Below, piece after piece: positions 1 through 9,443 of a stretch of DNA of 64,000 bases. How positions within the stretch are numbered: position 1 is the first letter of the stretch; each line of letters starts with the position of its first letter. This DNA comes from Promethearchaeota archaeon (GTDB lineage: Archaea > Asgardarchaeota > Lokiarchaeia > Sigyniarchaeales > SOKP01), in assembly GCA_048940925.1 (NCBI GenBank), contig JBHLOC010000001.1, forward strand, positions 160,001-224,000, read 5' to 3'. The notes below the pieces were generated by a model. The model saw only the letters and a program-made list of their open reading frames with translations. It had not been told where the DNA came from and did not search any database. Both the position numbers and the translations under genes were made by a program.

Positions 1-586
1 CTGCTACATTAAAAGCTCTTTTAATCGAACAGATTATTAGCGGAATTAATAAAGGAAAAAGGTTTTTAATTTGCTTAATTATACCTTTTTTTTGCATCTC
101 ATAGCCTCTACTTTGCTGGGCATCAATAATATTTTGGGCTTCTAATGCTATTGTAGGTACAAATCGAAAAGCTAATGAAAAAGCAAAAGCAAACTCATAA
201 CGAATTTTCATTGAAATCAAAGAAAGTGCTAAATCATTAGGATCTACAGTTAGGAAAAATATTGAAAAGGCAGAAACCATAATACATATGCGTATTGCCA
301 TTGCTACTGCGAAAGATAAGGATAAAAACAGAGTATTTAAAATAATTATAAAAAGAATTAAAAATGATAAACCACGTATGCTTTTAATCCATTCCTTAAA
401 CAATTTTCCAATTAATACTATAGGAATTAAACTCAATAAGATAAAAAGTAATGGAATAATTTTATTGAATAACAATGCACTGATAGTATATATAATTGCT
501 AATATTAATTTAGTTCTGGGATCAACTTTATGAAGAAAAGACTGTTTTTTCATAAATTTAAATGCATTAAGGAATTCTAAGGACAA
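1..586 (-). CDS. ecfT: ECF transporter transmembrane T component (3' end runs off window)
   Basis: Not in ORF track. Minus frame from TTG 586 reads LSLEFLNAFKFMKKQSFLHKVDPRTKL, then hydrophobic segments, AFRFVPTI and SRG; follows two ECF ATPases; GGTGA upstream. Confidence 0.85.
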   Translation of the reverse strand, partial: MSLEFLNAFKFMKKQSFLHKVDPRTKLILAIIYTISALLFNKIIPLLFILLSLIPIVLIGKLFKEWIKSIRGLSFLILFIIILNTLFLSLSFAVAMAIRICIMVSAFSIFFLTVDPNDLALSLISMKIRYEFAFAFSLAFRFVPTIALEAQNIIDAQQSRGYEMQKKGIIKQIKNLFPLLIPLIICSIKRAFNVA

Positions 587-601
587 TTGTTTTTAGTCAC
601 C

Positions 602-1465
602 CTAAATTGTTATAGATTTCTCTTTTATAAATTTCTTTAAATAATCAATAATTTCATTCTCTGAAATCTCATTTTTCATATCTTGAGTAATTATTTGTTG
701 TAAAGCTCTATAAAATTGATGTATTTGGGGTAAAATTAATGACGCTTTCTCAACAAGAAATTCACTACTTAGTAATTTTTTCGTGTGTCCATCAGCGATA
801 ATTTCCCCTTCGGCCATTAATATTGTTCTTGGTATATATTTAAAAGCAAACTCAATATTATGAGTTATAATTATTATTGTTTTTCCTTCTTTCCTTTCAT
901 TATTGATTAAATTAATAAAAAACTCAATTTCTTTAGCATCTTGACCAAGAGTTGGTTCATCAAATATTAAGATACTCGGATCTCGGCATATTATTGATGC
1001 TATTGCCAATTTTTTTGATTCTCCTCCTGATAAATTTAGGGGCGATCTTTCTCGATATTTCTCAAGATCAAAGTTTTTTAAAACCTCATTTACTTTTGCT
1101 TCGATTTCATCTTTACTGAGGTTTAGGCTTTTCAAAGAAAATCTAATTTCTTCTTCTACTGAATTTGCAAAAAGTTGATGGTAAGGATTTTGAAAAATAA
1201 TGCCTACATTTTTAGATAGTGTTGCAATACTACTTGAATTAATATTCTTATTATCAATATAGATATTTCCTCGTTTTGGTCTTATTAATCCATTCAAGGT
1301 ACGAATGAGAGTAGTCTTACCCGCTCCATTTTTTCCCATTATTGCTAATGATTCCCCTCTTCTAATATTTATATTAATTTTTTTTAAAGCTTTAGTACCA
1401 TCAGGATAAGCATAGGATAAATCTTTAATAATAATTAAGGGTAAGCTTTCTAACACTTTATTCAC
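602..1465 (-). CDS. ecfA: ECF transporter ATPase (CbiO/EcfA family)
   Basis: Walker A GKNGAGKT, FQNP, LSGGE, DEPT. Confidence 0.92.
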   Translation of the reverse strand: MNKVLESLPLIIIKDLSYAYPDGTKALKKININIRRGESLAIMGKNGAGKTTLIRTLNGLIRPKRGNIYIDNKNINSSSIATLSKNVGIIFQNPYHQLFANSVEEEIRFSLKSLNLSKDEIEAKVNEVLKNFDLEKYRERSPLNLSGGESKKLAIASIICRDPSILIFDEPTLGQDAKEIEFFINLINNERKEGKTIIIITHNIEFAFKYIPRTILMAEGEIIADGHTKKLLSSEFLVEKASLILPQIHQFYRALQQIITQDMKNEISENEIIDYLKKFIKEKSITI

Positions 1466-2306
1466 CCGATGTTATTTGTTTTAAAGAGTTTATTGCATCT
1501 GGAATAGAGGCAGGTATTTTCCCCATGAATATGCCATCTATTTTTAATTTGTTAAATATGCTATAAATGATAGGTTTATTCAAATTAAGACTTTTAAAAT
1601 TTATTCCGTTGAGAACTTTATCACGAATATTATACTCAATTACATGGCCTCCTTTCATTAAAATCATATGATCTGTAAAAGGGAGAATTAAATCTAATCG
1701 ATGTTCACTAATTAAAATTGTTATCTTTTTTTCTAACTTTATTTCAGTTAATAAATTAATAATTTTTTTTGCCATATAAGGGTCTAATAAAGCTGTAGGT
1801 TCATCCAATATTAGTAATTTAGGTTCTAATACTAAGATTGATGCTATCGCAACACGTTGTTGTTCACCTCCGCTCAATTCGAAGGGTGCTTTATCCATAA
1901 TATTTTCAATTTCGGTTAAAGATGCACTTTCTTTTATTCTTCGAGAAATTTCATTAGGTTGTATTCCTAAATTTTCTAATCCAAATGCTATTTCATGTTC
2001 TACATTCATGGCAATTAATTGATTTTCCGGATTCTGAAATACAATACCAACATCTGTTGATATATTTGCTATTGAAGTTTTAGATGTGTCTTTACCATTA
2101 ATTTTAACTTTGCCTTTATAAAAACCAGAATAAAATTGTGGGATCAAACCATTCATGCATCTAATTAATGTTGTTTTGCCTGATCCTGTTTCTCCGCAAA
2201 GTAGTATAAATTTATTATCTTCTATTTTTAAATTAATATTATTTAAAGCATAATCTTCATTTCCTTTATACCGGAAAAAAAAGTTTTCGAATTTTATTAA
2301 ATCCAT
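1458..2306 (-). CDS. ecfA: ECF transporter ATPase (CbiO/EcfA family)
   Basis: GETGSGKT, FQNPENQ, LSGGEQQR, DEPT. Confidence 0.92.
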   Translation of the reverse strand: MDLIKFENFFFRYKGNEDYALNNINLKIEDNKFILLCGETGSGKTTLIRCMNGLIPQFYSGFYKGKVKINGKDTSKTSIANISTDVGIVFQNPENQLIAMNVEHEIAFGLENLGIQPNEISRRIKESASLTEIENIMDKAPFELSGGEQQRVAIASILVLEPKLLILDEPTALLDPYMAKKIINLLTEIKLEKKITILISEHRLDLILPFTDHMILMKGGHVIEYNIRDKVLNGINFKSLNLNKPIIYSIFNKLKIDGIFMGKIPASIPDAINSLKQITSGE

Positions 2307-2357
2307 GTTTAATTATTTCTAGTAATACGCTACTGCTTTATTATAATCTTTAATTAT

Positions 2358-3371
2358 TTAAAACTTAGGTGATAAAAATTCCCTTATTTTTTTAATAATT
2401 TTTTCAAGGATTATATCGAATTCAGCATTACAAGATATGTGAGCTGCTCCATCGTGTCCACCACCCTCGCAGTTATCAGATATCTCTCTTAAGATTTGTC
2501 CTAAATGAATTCCAGTTTGCAAACAGACTACTTTTTTAGCTCTAGCATTAATCCTAAATCCTGTATTATTCTTTGAGTAGACTAAACTTATATCAACTCC
2601 GCAAGTTATTAACATAGATGCCACACTTGCTCCAAAACTACTAACATTACTAATTCCAATTAAATAGTTACTTTCACGTATTAATTTTACACGTTGTAAG
2701 CCTTTTATTTTAGCAATTTTTTCTGAAATGTCGATATCTTCTTTAAGTAATATCTGAATTTCTCGAATATCTATATCTTCATCTAAGAGTTCACTTACAT
2801 TATTAATAGTTTCATTGGCTCCATATTTAAAAAATCCAGAATCAGTTAAAATTGCTGCAATAATTAAAAATTTATAAGGGAGAGTTAGGTCTTGCTGATA
2901 AGATTTAAATAGTGTCAGTATAATTTCTACTGTGGAAGTAAAATTATCAAATATTAAATTAAATGATTCTAAATTTTGAGTATCAAGTTTTAGGTTTGGA
3001 TAATGATGGTCTATAAAAATATAGGGAATTTCAAGCGGGATACTATTTAAATCGTTTTTAAATTTTACATGATTAACATTATTTGTGTCTAATATAAGAC
3101 AGATATCGAAATTAGAAAAACTTAAAGGAACTTCATTTTTAAAAGTAAATTTAGGGAATTTTTCACAAAATTTTTTTTTGAAATTTTTAGTTGATTTTAG
3201 TAGTTCTGGAAGATAAACTGAAGTATTTATATTTTTATTATACTGAGTTAGGAAAAATTTTAAAGCAAAACAAGAAACAAATCCATCAATATCTACTAGA
3301 TCATGGGTTGTAATTAAAATTCTTTTATTCTTTAAAAAAGATAATAAATTTTTAATTTTAGTTTTTAACAT
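2358..3371 (-). CDS. DHH/DHHA1 family phosphoesterase
   Basis: HxxxDxDG, IDHH, TDSG and GGGH motifs. Confidence 0.88.
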   Translation of the reverse strand: MLKTKIKNLLSFLKNKRILITTHDLVDIDGFVSCFALKFFLTQYNKNINTSVYLPELLKSTKNFKKKFCEKFPKFTFKNEVPLSFSNFDICLILDTNNVNHVKFKNDLNSIPLEIPYIFIDHHYPNLKLDTQNLESFNLIFDNFTSTVEIILTLFKSYQQDLTLPYKFLIIAAILTDSGFFKYGANETINNVSELLDEDIDIREIQILLKEDIDISEKIAKIKGLQRVKLIRESNYLIGISNVSSFGASVASMLITCGVDISLVYSKNNTGFRINARAKKVVCLQTGIHLGQILREISDNCEGGGHDGAAHISCNAEFDIILEKIIKKIREFLSPKF

Positions 3372-3379
3372 AAACCTGA

Positions 3380-3742
3380 TTATAGATTCTTATTTTGTAA
3401 ATCAGCTTGTATCGAATTTCGCAATGTAGTAATTTGATTTTCTACTCTCGTTTTCTTTTGGTCTAAAGTTTTTAATCGCATTTCTAACGTCACTTTTAAA
3501 CTCTTTTTTTCATCCAATAATTTGTTCTTTTCACTTTTAACAAGTATTCCTCCAATACTCTTATAAACTGTATTGTCTGGATTTATTTTTTCTAACTCAT
3601 CTATAGCTAATTCTGTTTCTCTAAGTGTAGATTCCAATTGTAATTTTTGAGTCGTTATAAATTCATATGTTTGCTGAAGATTTTGGAGATTTAATATTTT
3701 CTTTTTCTGCTCCTCGTCTAAATCGTCTAGATTTATTGTCAT
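3380..3742 (-). CDS. pfdB: Prefoldin beta subunit
   Basis: Coiled coil with VYKSIGGILV hairpin; conserved position in the superoperon. Confidence 0.92.
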   Translation of the reverse strand: MTINLDDLDEEQKKKILNLQNLQQTYEFITTQKLQLESTLRETELAIDELEKINPDNTVYKSIGGILVKSEKNKLLDEKKSLKVTLEMRLKTLDQKKTRVENQITTLRNSIQADLQNKNL

Positions 3743-3801
3743 GATTACCTTCCTTTACTTTTCTATATTTTATTTTATGTATTAAATAATAAATCTTTTT
3801 C

Positions 3802-4074
3802 CTATGTTTTTTTTGTTATTTGCAATGTATTTTCAATTATTTTCCCAAAATTAATAATTTCATTTATAGAAGCTCTAAATGCCGTAATATCTTTACTTTC
3901 GATCTTAAAAAATATAGAATTATTATTTTTTTTTTCGATTAAAAGATTTGAACGTTTGGTTTGTAATTTCTTAATTTCTGGGATGAATGAGTTATATGAT
4001 ATATCTCTATTTGAGGGATTATTAAATATTAGTTCTATTGTTGATTTTATAAAAAATAAGATTTTTTGATTCAT
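3802..4074 (-). CDS. pcc1: KEOPS complex subunit Pcc1
   Basis: IESKDITAFRASIN motif; lies between rpl37ae and pfdB. Confidence 0.8.
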   Translation of the reverse strand: MNQKILFFIKSTIELIFNNPSNRDISYNSFIPEIKKLQTKRSNLLIEKKNNNSIFFKIESKDITAFRASINEIINFGKIIENTLQITKKT

Positions 4075-4076
4075 TA

Positions 4077-4361
4077 TTATTCATTAATGTCTGATTCTCT
4101 TTGTTTACGTTTTGCAACTCTAAAAGATTCTGCTCCACGAGCAGTTTCTTTAAAGTAAGCACCACCAGTAAATCGTGCGTTACATTTTCTACAATACCAA
4201 ATACCACTTGATACCCGATGAACAGATCCATTAGTTTCACAATTAGGACATTTAATTTTTCCCTTCATTTTTTCTAAAATTAATCGAGTTCTCTTACGTA
4301 ATGTACTTCCATAACGTGCACCATATGTGCCAGTAACTCCTACTTTCTTAGTTTTACCCAT
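4077..4361 (-). CDS. rpl37ae: 50S ribosomal protein L37ae (eL43)
   Basis: KKVGVTGTYGARYG, CxxC...GIWYCxKC...GGAY; ATG at 4361 preferred over the upstream TTG. Confidence 0.96.
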   Translation of the reverse strand: MGKTKKVGVTGTYGARYGSTLRKRTRLILEKMKGKIKCPNCETNGSVHRVSSGIWYCRKCNARFTGGAYFKETARGAESFRVAKRKQRESDINE

Positions 4362-4832
4362 TTTAATCAAAAAAAGTAATGAATTTATTAATGTTTTATA
4401 AAAACCTATTATAAACTATAAATTTTTCTAAATTAGAAAACAATATGAGTTTTTCTTTTAACTGATTTAAGAGCCAAATAAGAGAATTTTTAAATTCCTT
4501 TAAGGAATATTACTATTGTTGATCAAAAATTTAGAAAAGATGGTGTTCTTCTAATAAGCTCAGAATTATCTATAATTGATGATATAGGTGATAATCATTC
4601 ATTAATAGCTAAAGTAGAACTAGTCATTCCTGTTCCTTTTACAATTAAGGAAGGAAATCGATCAACTTTGTTTTAATCAATAGGACATATTGAATTGGAC
4701 GGAAATAAAGATGATTCTGGAGTATTTGGAATCTCTTAGAAGAATTAAAGACTAATATTTCTACTAAATTATGATTTTTACTGGATTTATAAAATCAAAA
4801 TAAAAAAAGTTAAAAAAACAATTCAATAAAAT

Positions 4833-5660
4833 TTATTCTGTTTTACTTAAATATTGGAAAAAATCTAGATTATTTCTTAATTTCTTACCTATATCAATTG
4901 ATTGTTTTCCAAGCATTTTGATTTCTTCTATTGAAAATGTAGCAGCCCCACTTTTTTGAATAGATGTAATTTTATCTTTTGTGACAGATATTGATATCTT
5001 ACCATCACTAACTAATTCTTCAGCTAAGTTAGGGTCCAAAAATATAATATCATCTATTTTACCATAAGTTAATACTAATGGTAATTCTTTAACTATTGTT
5101 TCTCCTGTTATATACTTTCCTGTCCATTCAAGTCCATCTCCTCCAATTTTACCTTCAGGAATATGAGCAGAAATTAAAGTTGTTAAAGCACTCACACCTC
5201 CGGCATCAATTAAGTTTCCGTCATAATTAATTACATACATATCAACAAACAATATATATACTGCTTCATTTTCTTTTATACAAAGCTTTTTAGTTTGAAC
5301 ACAGTCTGCATGACGAATTCCACGATCTACCACTCTTGCTAATTCAATTGATTGTTCATCTGGAGGACCTCTTTCAAATAAAGGAGAAGCTACAGGAAGT
5401 AATTCAGCCATGATGGTACAAACACCCTCATTTGGTAGATCTGGGAATGGTTCACCGATCTCATATTTCAATCCTGTAATAATCCTAGTATCTCCTAATG
5501 AAACATCTGCAGAACCTTCTGCAGATGAAATGATATCACTTTTTATATTAAATTCACGATGTTCCCAAATATCTCTTCCATCTATTCTTTCTCCTTTTTT
5601 CAAATTAGAGGTTATATAGTCTTTTTCAATCTTGGAGATTATCCTTTTAACATCCATCAT
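4833..5660 (-). CDS. rrp42: Exosome complex component Rrp42
   Basis: RNase PH fold: RIDGR, GSADVSLGDT, ELARVVDRGIR. Confidence 0.95.
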   Translation of the reverse strand: MMDVKRIISKIEKDYITSNLKKGERIDGRDIWEHREFNIKSDIISSAEGSADVSLGDTRIITGLKYEIGEPFPDLPNEGVCTIMAELLPVASPLFERGPPDEQSIELARVVDRGIRHADCVQTKKLCIKENEAVYILFVDMYVINYDGNLIDAGGVSALTTLISAHIPEGKIGGDGLEWTGKYITGETIVKELPLVLTYGKIDDIIFLDPNLAEELVSDGKISISVTKDKITSIQKSGAATFSIEEIKMLGKQSIDIGKKLRNNLDFFQYLSKTE

Positions 5661-5683
5661 TTTTATTTATCACCTTCCTTAGA

Positions 5684-6448
5684 TTATTCCTCTGTTTCTT
5701 TACTTACATCTTCTTTTAAATTAATATATTTACTTTTTAAAGCATTCAATTGCATTTGATGTATTTGTTTTAATGATTCTGTAGCTAATTCCATAAATTC
5801 ATTCATCTCCTCTAAATCCATATCGCCATCAAACTGGAGCAGTGAAATTTCTTCGTTATACCAAGTTATAGCACATGGTAAATCTGCTTCTCCCGCTTTA
5901 TCTTCAATTCCAGAAAGATCAACTACTATTTTTCCATCAATCTTTCCTACAGCTACTGCAGATACTAAACTTTTCATTGGAACTCCAGCATCAGCTAATG
6001 CTAAAGCTGCAACTGTCGTGCTAGCACATCTAGTTCCGCCATCAGCATCCATTACTTCAATAAAAACCTCAAAACTCGTACCAGGATATAACTCAAGAAA
6101 TAAAACAGGTTCAAGGCAATCTGCCACTATCATTGATATTTCTTTTTCCCGACGTCCAGGAGCAGGTCTTTTTCTATCGAAAACAGAAAATGTAGCCATC
6201 CTATAAAACACTCTTAAAACACCGCGATCAGGCTTAGCTAAATGATGAGGGTGAACCTCCCTTGGTCCATAAACAGCTGCAAAAATCTTATTATTACCCC
6301 ATTCTAGAAAAGCTGACCCATCCGCATTTTTTATAACTCCCACTTCCATTTTTATAGGCCTTAACTCATGTATATCACGACCATCTAAGCGTTTTCCATC
6401 TTCACGAAATAATTTTTCTGGATACTCATCTTTAATGATTAATGGCAT
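5684..6448 (-). CDS. rrp41: Exosome complex exonuclease Rrp41
   Basis: RLDGR, AVYGPRE, ADGGTR, IEDKAGEADLP. Confidence 0.96.
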   Translation of the reverse strand: MPLIIKDEYPEKLFREDGKRLDGRDIHELRPIKMEVGVIKNADGSAFLEWGNNKIFAAVYGPREVHPHHLAKPDRGVLRVFYRMATFSVFDRKRPAPGRREKEISMIVADCLEPVLFLELYPGTSFEVFIEVMDADGGTRCASTTVAALALADAGVPMKSLVSAVAVGKIDGKIVVDLSGIEDKAGEADLPCAITWYNEEISLLQFDGDMDLEEMNEFMELATESLKQIHQMQLNALKSKYINLKEDVSKETEE

Positions 6449-7228
6449 TTATGCTATACCTCTATTCTTTTTTTCATTGGTAATGAATTCATGCATCCGA
6501 TCAGTTAAACCTACGGTATGTGCCTCAGAAGCTATCTTTTTAATTGATTCTATAAGTAATCGTTCATGAGCAATATCATCACCTTTTAACCAAATTCTTC
6601 CATTTTGAGTAACAAAGATATTACAGTTGGTTAAGTTTTTTAGCATTTTTATCATAGAACCATTTCGCCCGATTACTCTTGGTATTTTTGGAGGATCTAT
6701 AGAAATTACAATTCCACCAATTTTTTTTCCAAGATATTTTCCTACCGTAGTTAATTCAGGTTTATTTAAACGATCAGCTGAAAGAATTTTTACAACAAGA
6801 ATATCCCCGATATCAAATTTCTCAATAGTTGCTTGTTCTTGGGAATAACTAGATCCTCTAAATCCTTTTATCTTTCCTCTCTTAATTGTGTTTTTTGGTT
6901 TTAATGTCCCAAAATCTTTAGCATTTATATCACATTTATACTTTACGGGATTCTTGTCTACGATTAATGCTATCACCTTATCTCCCGGTTTCGGAGTATA
7001 AAACCCTCTTAAAGGAATCACATTTATATAGTTTTTTGTGATTTGTTTTAATCCAATATTAAGTGATACTATTTTAGTTTTATCTTTATTGTATATCGTA
7101 CCCCTTCCAGGTAAGAAATTTTTTACATCACCAGTTATAACCTCTCCAGGAATAACTAGATCTCTTGTGGATTCTTCTTCTTCAAAATCTTCGAACTCCT
7201 CAGTCTCATTTTCGTCTTCTTCTTCCAT
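6449..7228 (-). CDS. rrp4: Exosome RNA-binding protein Rrp4
   Basis: VIPGE, S1 region YTPKPGD, KH motif PRVIGRNGSMI, NGRIW. Confidence 0.93.
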   Translation of the reverse strand: MEEEDENETEEFEDFEEEESTRDLVIPGEVITGDVKNFLPGRGTIYNKDKTKIVSLNIGLKQITKNYINVIPLRGFYTPKPGDKVIALIVDKNPVKYKCDINAKDFGTLKPKNTIKRGKIKGFRGSSYSQEQATIEKFDIGDILVVKILSADRLNKPELTTVGKYLGKKIGGIVISIDPPKIPRVIGRNGSMIKMLKNLTNCNIFVTQNGRIWLKGDDIAHERLLIESIKKIASEAHTVGLTDRMHEFITNEKKNRGIA

Positions 7229-7319
7229 TTTAGATATTCACTTCTTTTTTTAAAACTATTTTTTTCTCCTATTAGCTAAAAAACAATATAAATGAGAATT
7301 TAATTAAAAAACTATTAGC

Positions 7320-8123
7320 CTAGGATTTTAACAGTTTTGTTTGAACCCTGCCGTGAGTCAATTTATTCAATTTATCAATTAATTCTAGTTGCAGTCCTGC
7401 TGGTAAACTTACAACTGAAACCCATGAACCATCAGATTGCCACTCTTCTTTCTTAATTTGTGAATATTGAGCAACAATATTATAACCCTTTGCTGTAAAC
7501 ACTGAAGGAATTTTAACTGCCATTTCTACTTGCTCCATTCGAATAGGAATAATCGCTCGTATATTTTTAACTATATCATCAACTTGTTCTTCTGCACTTT
7601 TCATTAAATCAATTTTAACATTTGCTTCCTCAATTGCTTTTTCTATTCTCTGGTACGGATGAGGTTTTTTATTCTGAGGATTTATGGCATTTTTACTAAT
7701 AATTGTTATAATTTGTTTTAATTTCTTATTTTTCTCTTCTTCTCTTTGTGCTTTTGTCCATTGTATATCTCCTTCAAGTAAAATATATGCAGCAATTCTC
7801 ACACCGTCAGTAGTTTCAAATATAGCTTCCATGTCACCATCAGTCGCCTTTTTACCTCTCCTTAAATCTTCAAATACCATAAAGCTTTCAAAAATTAGCT
7901 CAAGATCTATCTTATTATTATGAATAATTTCATCAATCGAAAGTCTTGATTTTTCCTTACCATTTTTCAAACGTTTGTTGATCTCATCTCGAATTAACTT
8001 TTTTGCATCCCAAGCTTTCTCTGGATCCATTAACATCTCGAAAATTCTTCCTGATTTTTCAATCCGTCCTATTATAAAATCACCTAAATCAATTCTGGCT
8101 CTGTCAGTCGGTCTGTCACTCAT
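7320..8123 (-). CDS. sdo1: Ribosome maturation factor SBDS/Sdo1
   Basis: INPQNKKPHP..RIEKA and EEWQSDGSW motifs; position in the superoperon. Confidence 0.93.
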   Translation of the reverse strand: MSDRPTDRARIDLGDFIIGRIEKSGRIFEMLMDPEKAWDAKKLIRDEINKRLKNGKEKSRLSIDEIIHNNKIDLELIFESFMVFEDLRRGKKATDGDMEAIFETTDGVRIAAYILLEGDIQWTKAQREEEKNKKLKQIITIISKNAINPQNKKPHPYQRIEKAIEEANVKIDLMKSAEEQVDDIVKNIRAIIPIRMEQVEMAVKIPSVFTAKGYNIVAQYSQIKKEEWQSDGSWVSVVSLPAGLQLELIDKLNKLTHGRVQTKLLKS

Positions 8124-8255
8124 AATATCACTTCTTTATTTTATGAATTGGATTCCCTTGACTTCTATCCTTCCTAATTTTTTGTCTTTGCGTTAATTGA
8201 TAAATATAAAGGGCTGAAACCTTGATAGTTTATAATTTATATTAGTTTAGGGTGA

Positions 8256-8975
8256 TTATATTTTACCTAACAATTCTTCTTTCTCTTCTAAACTTAAAAG
8301 CTTAAAAGTTCTATCTTCTTTCAATATAAAAGCAACATCACATGTATCTTTATTTAAGTTGTCACCCATCAACTCTTTTAACACTTTTAATGGTAATAAT
8401 TTCAAATCTTCATCACTCATATCCTCACTATAATGTTCTTCAAGGTACGCCCTTGCTTCAGTTGCATTGGAGCCAATTGCGAAGGCAAGATAACCCCACA
8501 TAGCTCCACTGGGATCTGTAAGATATAAAGAAGGCTTACCATTAGCATCAATTCCAGCAATTAAGAAGCTTACACCAAACGGCCTTACCCCTGCATTCTG
8601 GGTAAATACCTGTTTATATTCGCATATATTTAAGGTACTATCCTTTACTGAAATTTTTTCATCATAATTTAATAAGTTAACTTGTGCTTGAACACGGGCT
8701 CTATCAATCAAAACCCGAGCATCAGCAGTAAGGCCGGCTATTGCGACTCCGATATGATCATCAATTTTAAATATTTTCTCTGAACCAATAGTTTGTTCTT
8801 GAAGTTCAGATGCTTTTTTTTCTACTGCAAAAACAACGGAGTTCTTATTCTTACATACAATTGCCGTTGTACCTCTTCGGACGGCTTCAATAGCATATTC
8901 AACTTGAAATAACCGTCCCTCAGGACTAAATTGGGTTATTGCCATATCGTAGCCCCTTCCAGCTTGTTGGAACAT
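8256..8975 (-). CDS. psmA: Proteasome alpha subunit
   Basis: GYDMAITQFSPEGRLFQVEYA, RPFGVS, TDPSG. Confidence 0.97.
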   Translation of the reverse strand: MFQQAGRGYDMAITQFSPEGRLFQVEYAIEAVRRGTTAIVCKNKNSVVFAVEKKASELQEQTIGSEKIFKIDDHIGVAIAGLTADARVLIDRARVQAQVNLLNYDEKISVKDSTLNICEYKQVFTQNAGVRPFGVSFLIAGIDANGKPSLYLTDPSGAMWGYLAFAIGSNATEARAYLEEHYSEDMSDEDLKLLPLKVLKELMGDNLNKDTCDVAFILKEDRTFKLLSLEEKEELLGKI

Positions 8976-9283
8976 TTTTGATAGCCTCCTTAACTTTAAA
9001 TTTTCAACTAATTCTTTTATTTATATTATTTTTTAGTTTTTTTGATATACTTAATTATCTTGTAGTAATAAATACTGAAATAAATATTTTGTTTAAATAA
9101 ATTAAAAAAATAAAAAAAATCAAGTATAAGATATCATTTTGCTAAGAATCTTCTCAAAATTGAGATTTTATTGATGTTTTCCACCGAGTTTTCAAATGAT
9201 GTGTTAATAAGAGTCATCAAATTTTGAATAGAATAAATATTTAAATTTAAAAAAATAGATATCAAAAAATAAAAAATACCTTA

Positions 9284-9303
9284 TAATGTCCCGAGAGACA
9301 TTA
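9284..9303 (-). terminator. Conserved 8-bp stem / 4-nt loop hairpin downstream of micro-ORF copy 1
   Basis: Minus strand TAATGTCT-CTCG-GGACATTA (one G-U pair), followed by T-rich tracts; near-identical copy at 13111-13130. Confidence 0.6.
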
Positions 9304-9309
9304 AATACT

Positions 9310-9342
9310 TTATGGCTTTGGACCAGTATCTCCCTTCCACAT
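9310..9342 (-). CDS. Putative 10-aa micro-peptide MWKGDTGPKP (copy 1)
   Basis: ATG TGG AAG GGA GAT ACT GGT CCA AAG CCA TAA; the paralog at 13137-13169 keeps frame, length and G-D-x-G-P-x-P with synonymous changes. Confidence 0.65.
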   Translation of the reverse strand: MWKGDTGPKP

Positions 9343-9443
9343 ATTATTATTTTTTTATTTATGTATTTATATAACACCAAAAATTAGTTGAATTTTTATA
9401 GAATAACATATTGTTTAACAAAATAAGATAAAAATCAATCAAA

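Noticed and set aside
288-533. Plus-strand 81-aa ORF, and the many similar 60-120 aa ORFs antisense to or nested in known genes (e.g. 5410, 6627, 10919, 17469, 27826, 42537, 48182, 56271, 63592)
   Set aside because: Shadow frames of well-supported genes, with no motifs of their own
7900-8010. About 30-aa insertion in SBDS considered as an in-frame intron
   Set aside because: No stop codon and no BHB found at its borders; it reads as ordinary helical protein
9150-9230. Imperfect inverted repeats upstream of psmA considered as a SECIS or C/D-box RNA
   Set aside because: No complete SECIS core or C/D box pair could be assigned, and no in-frame TGA gene is nearby
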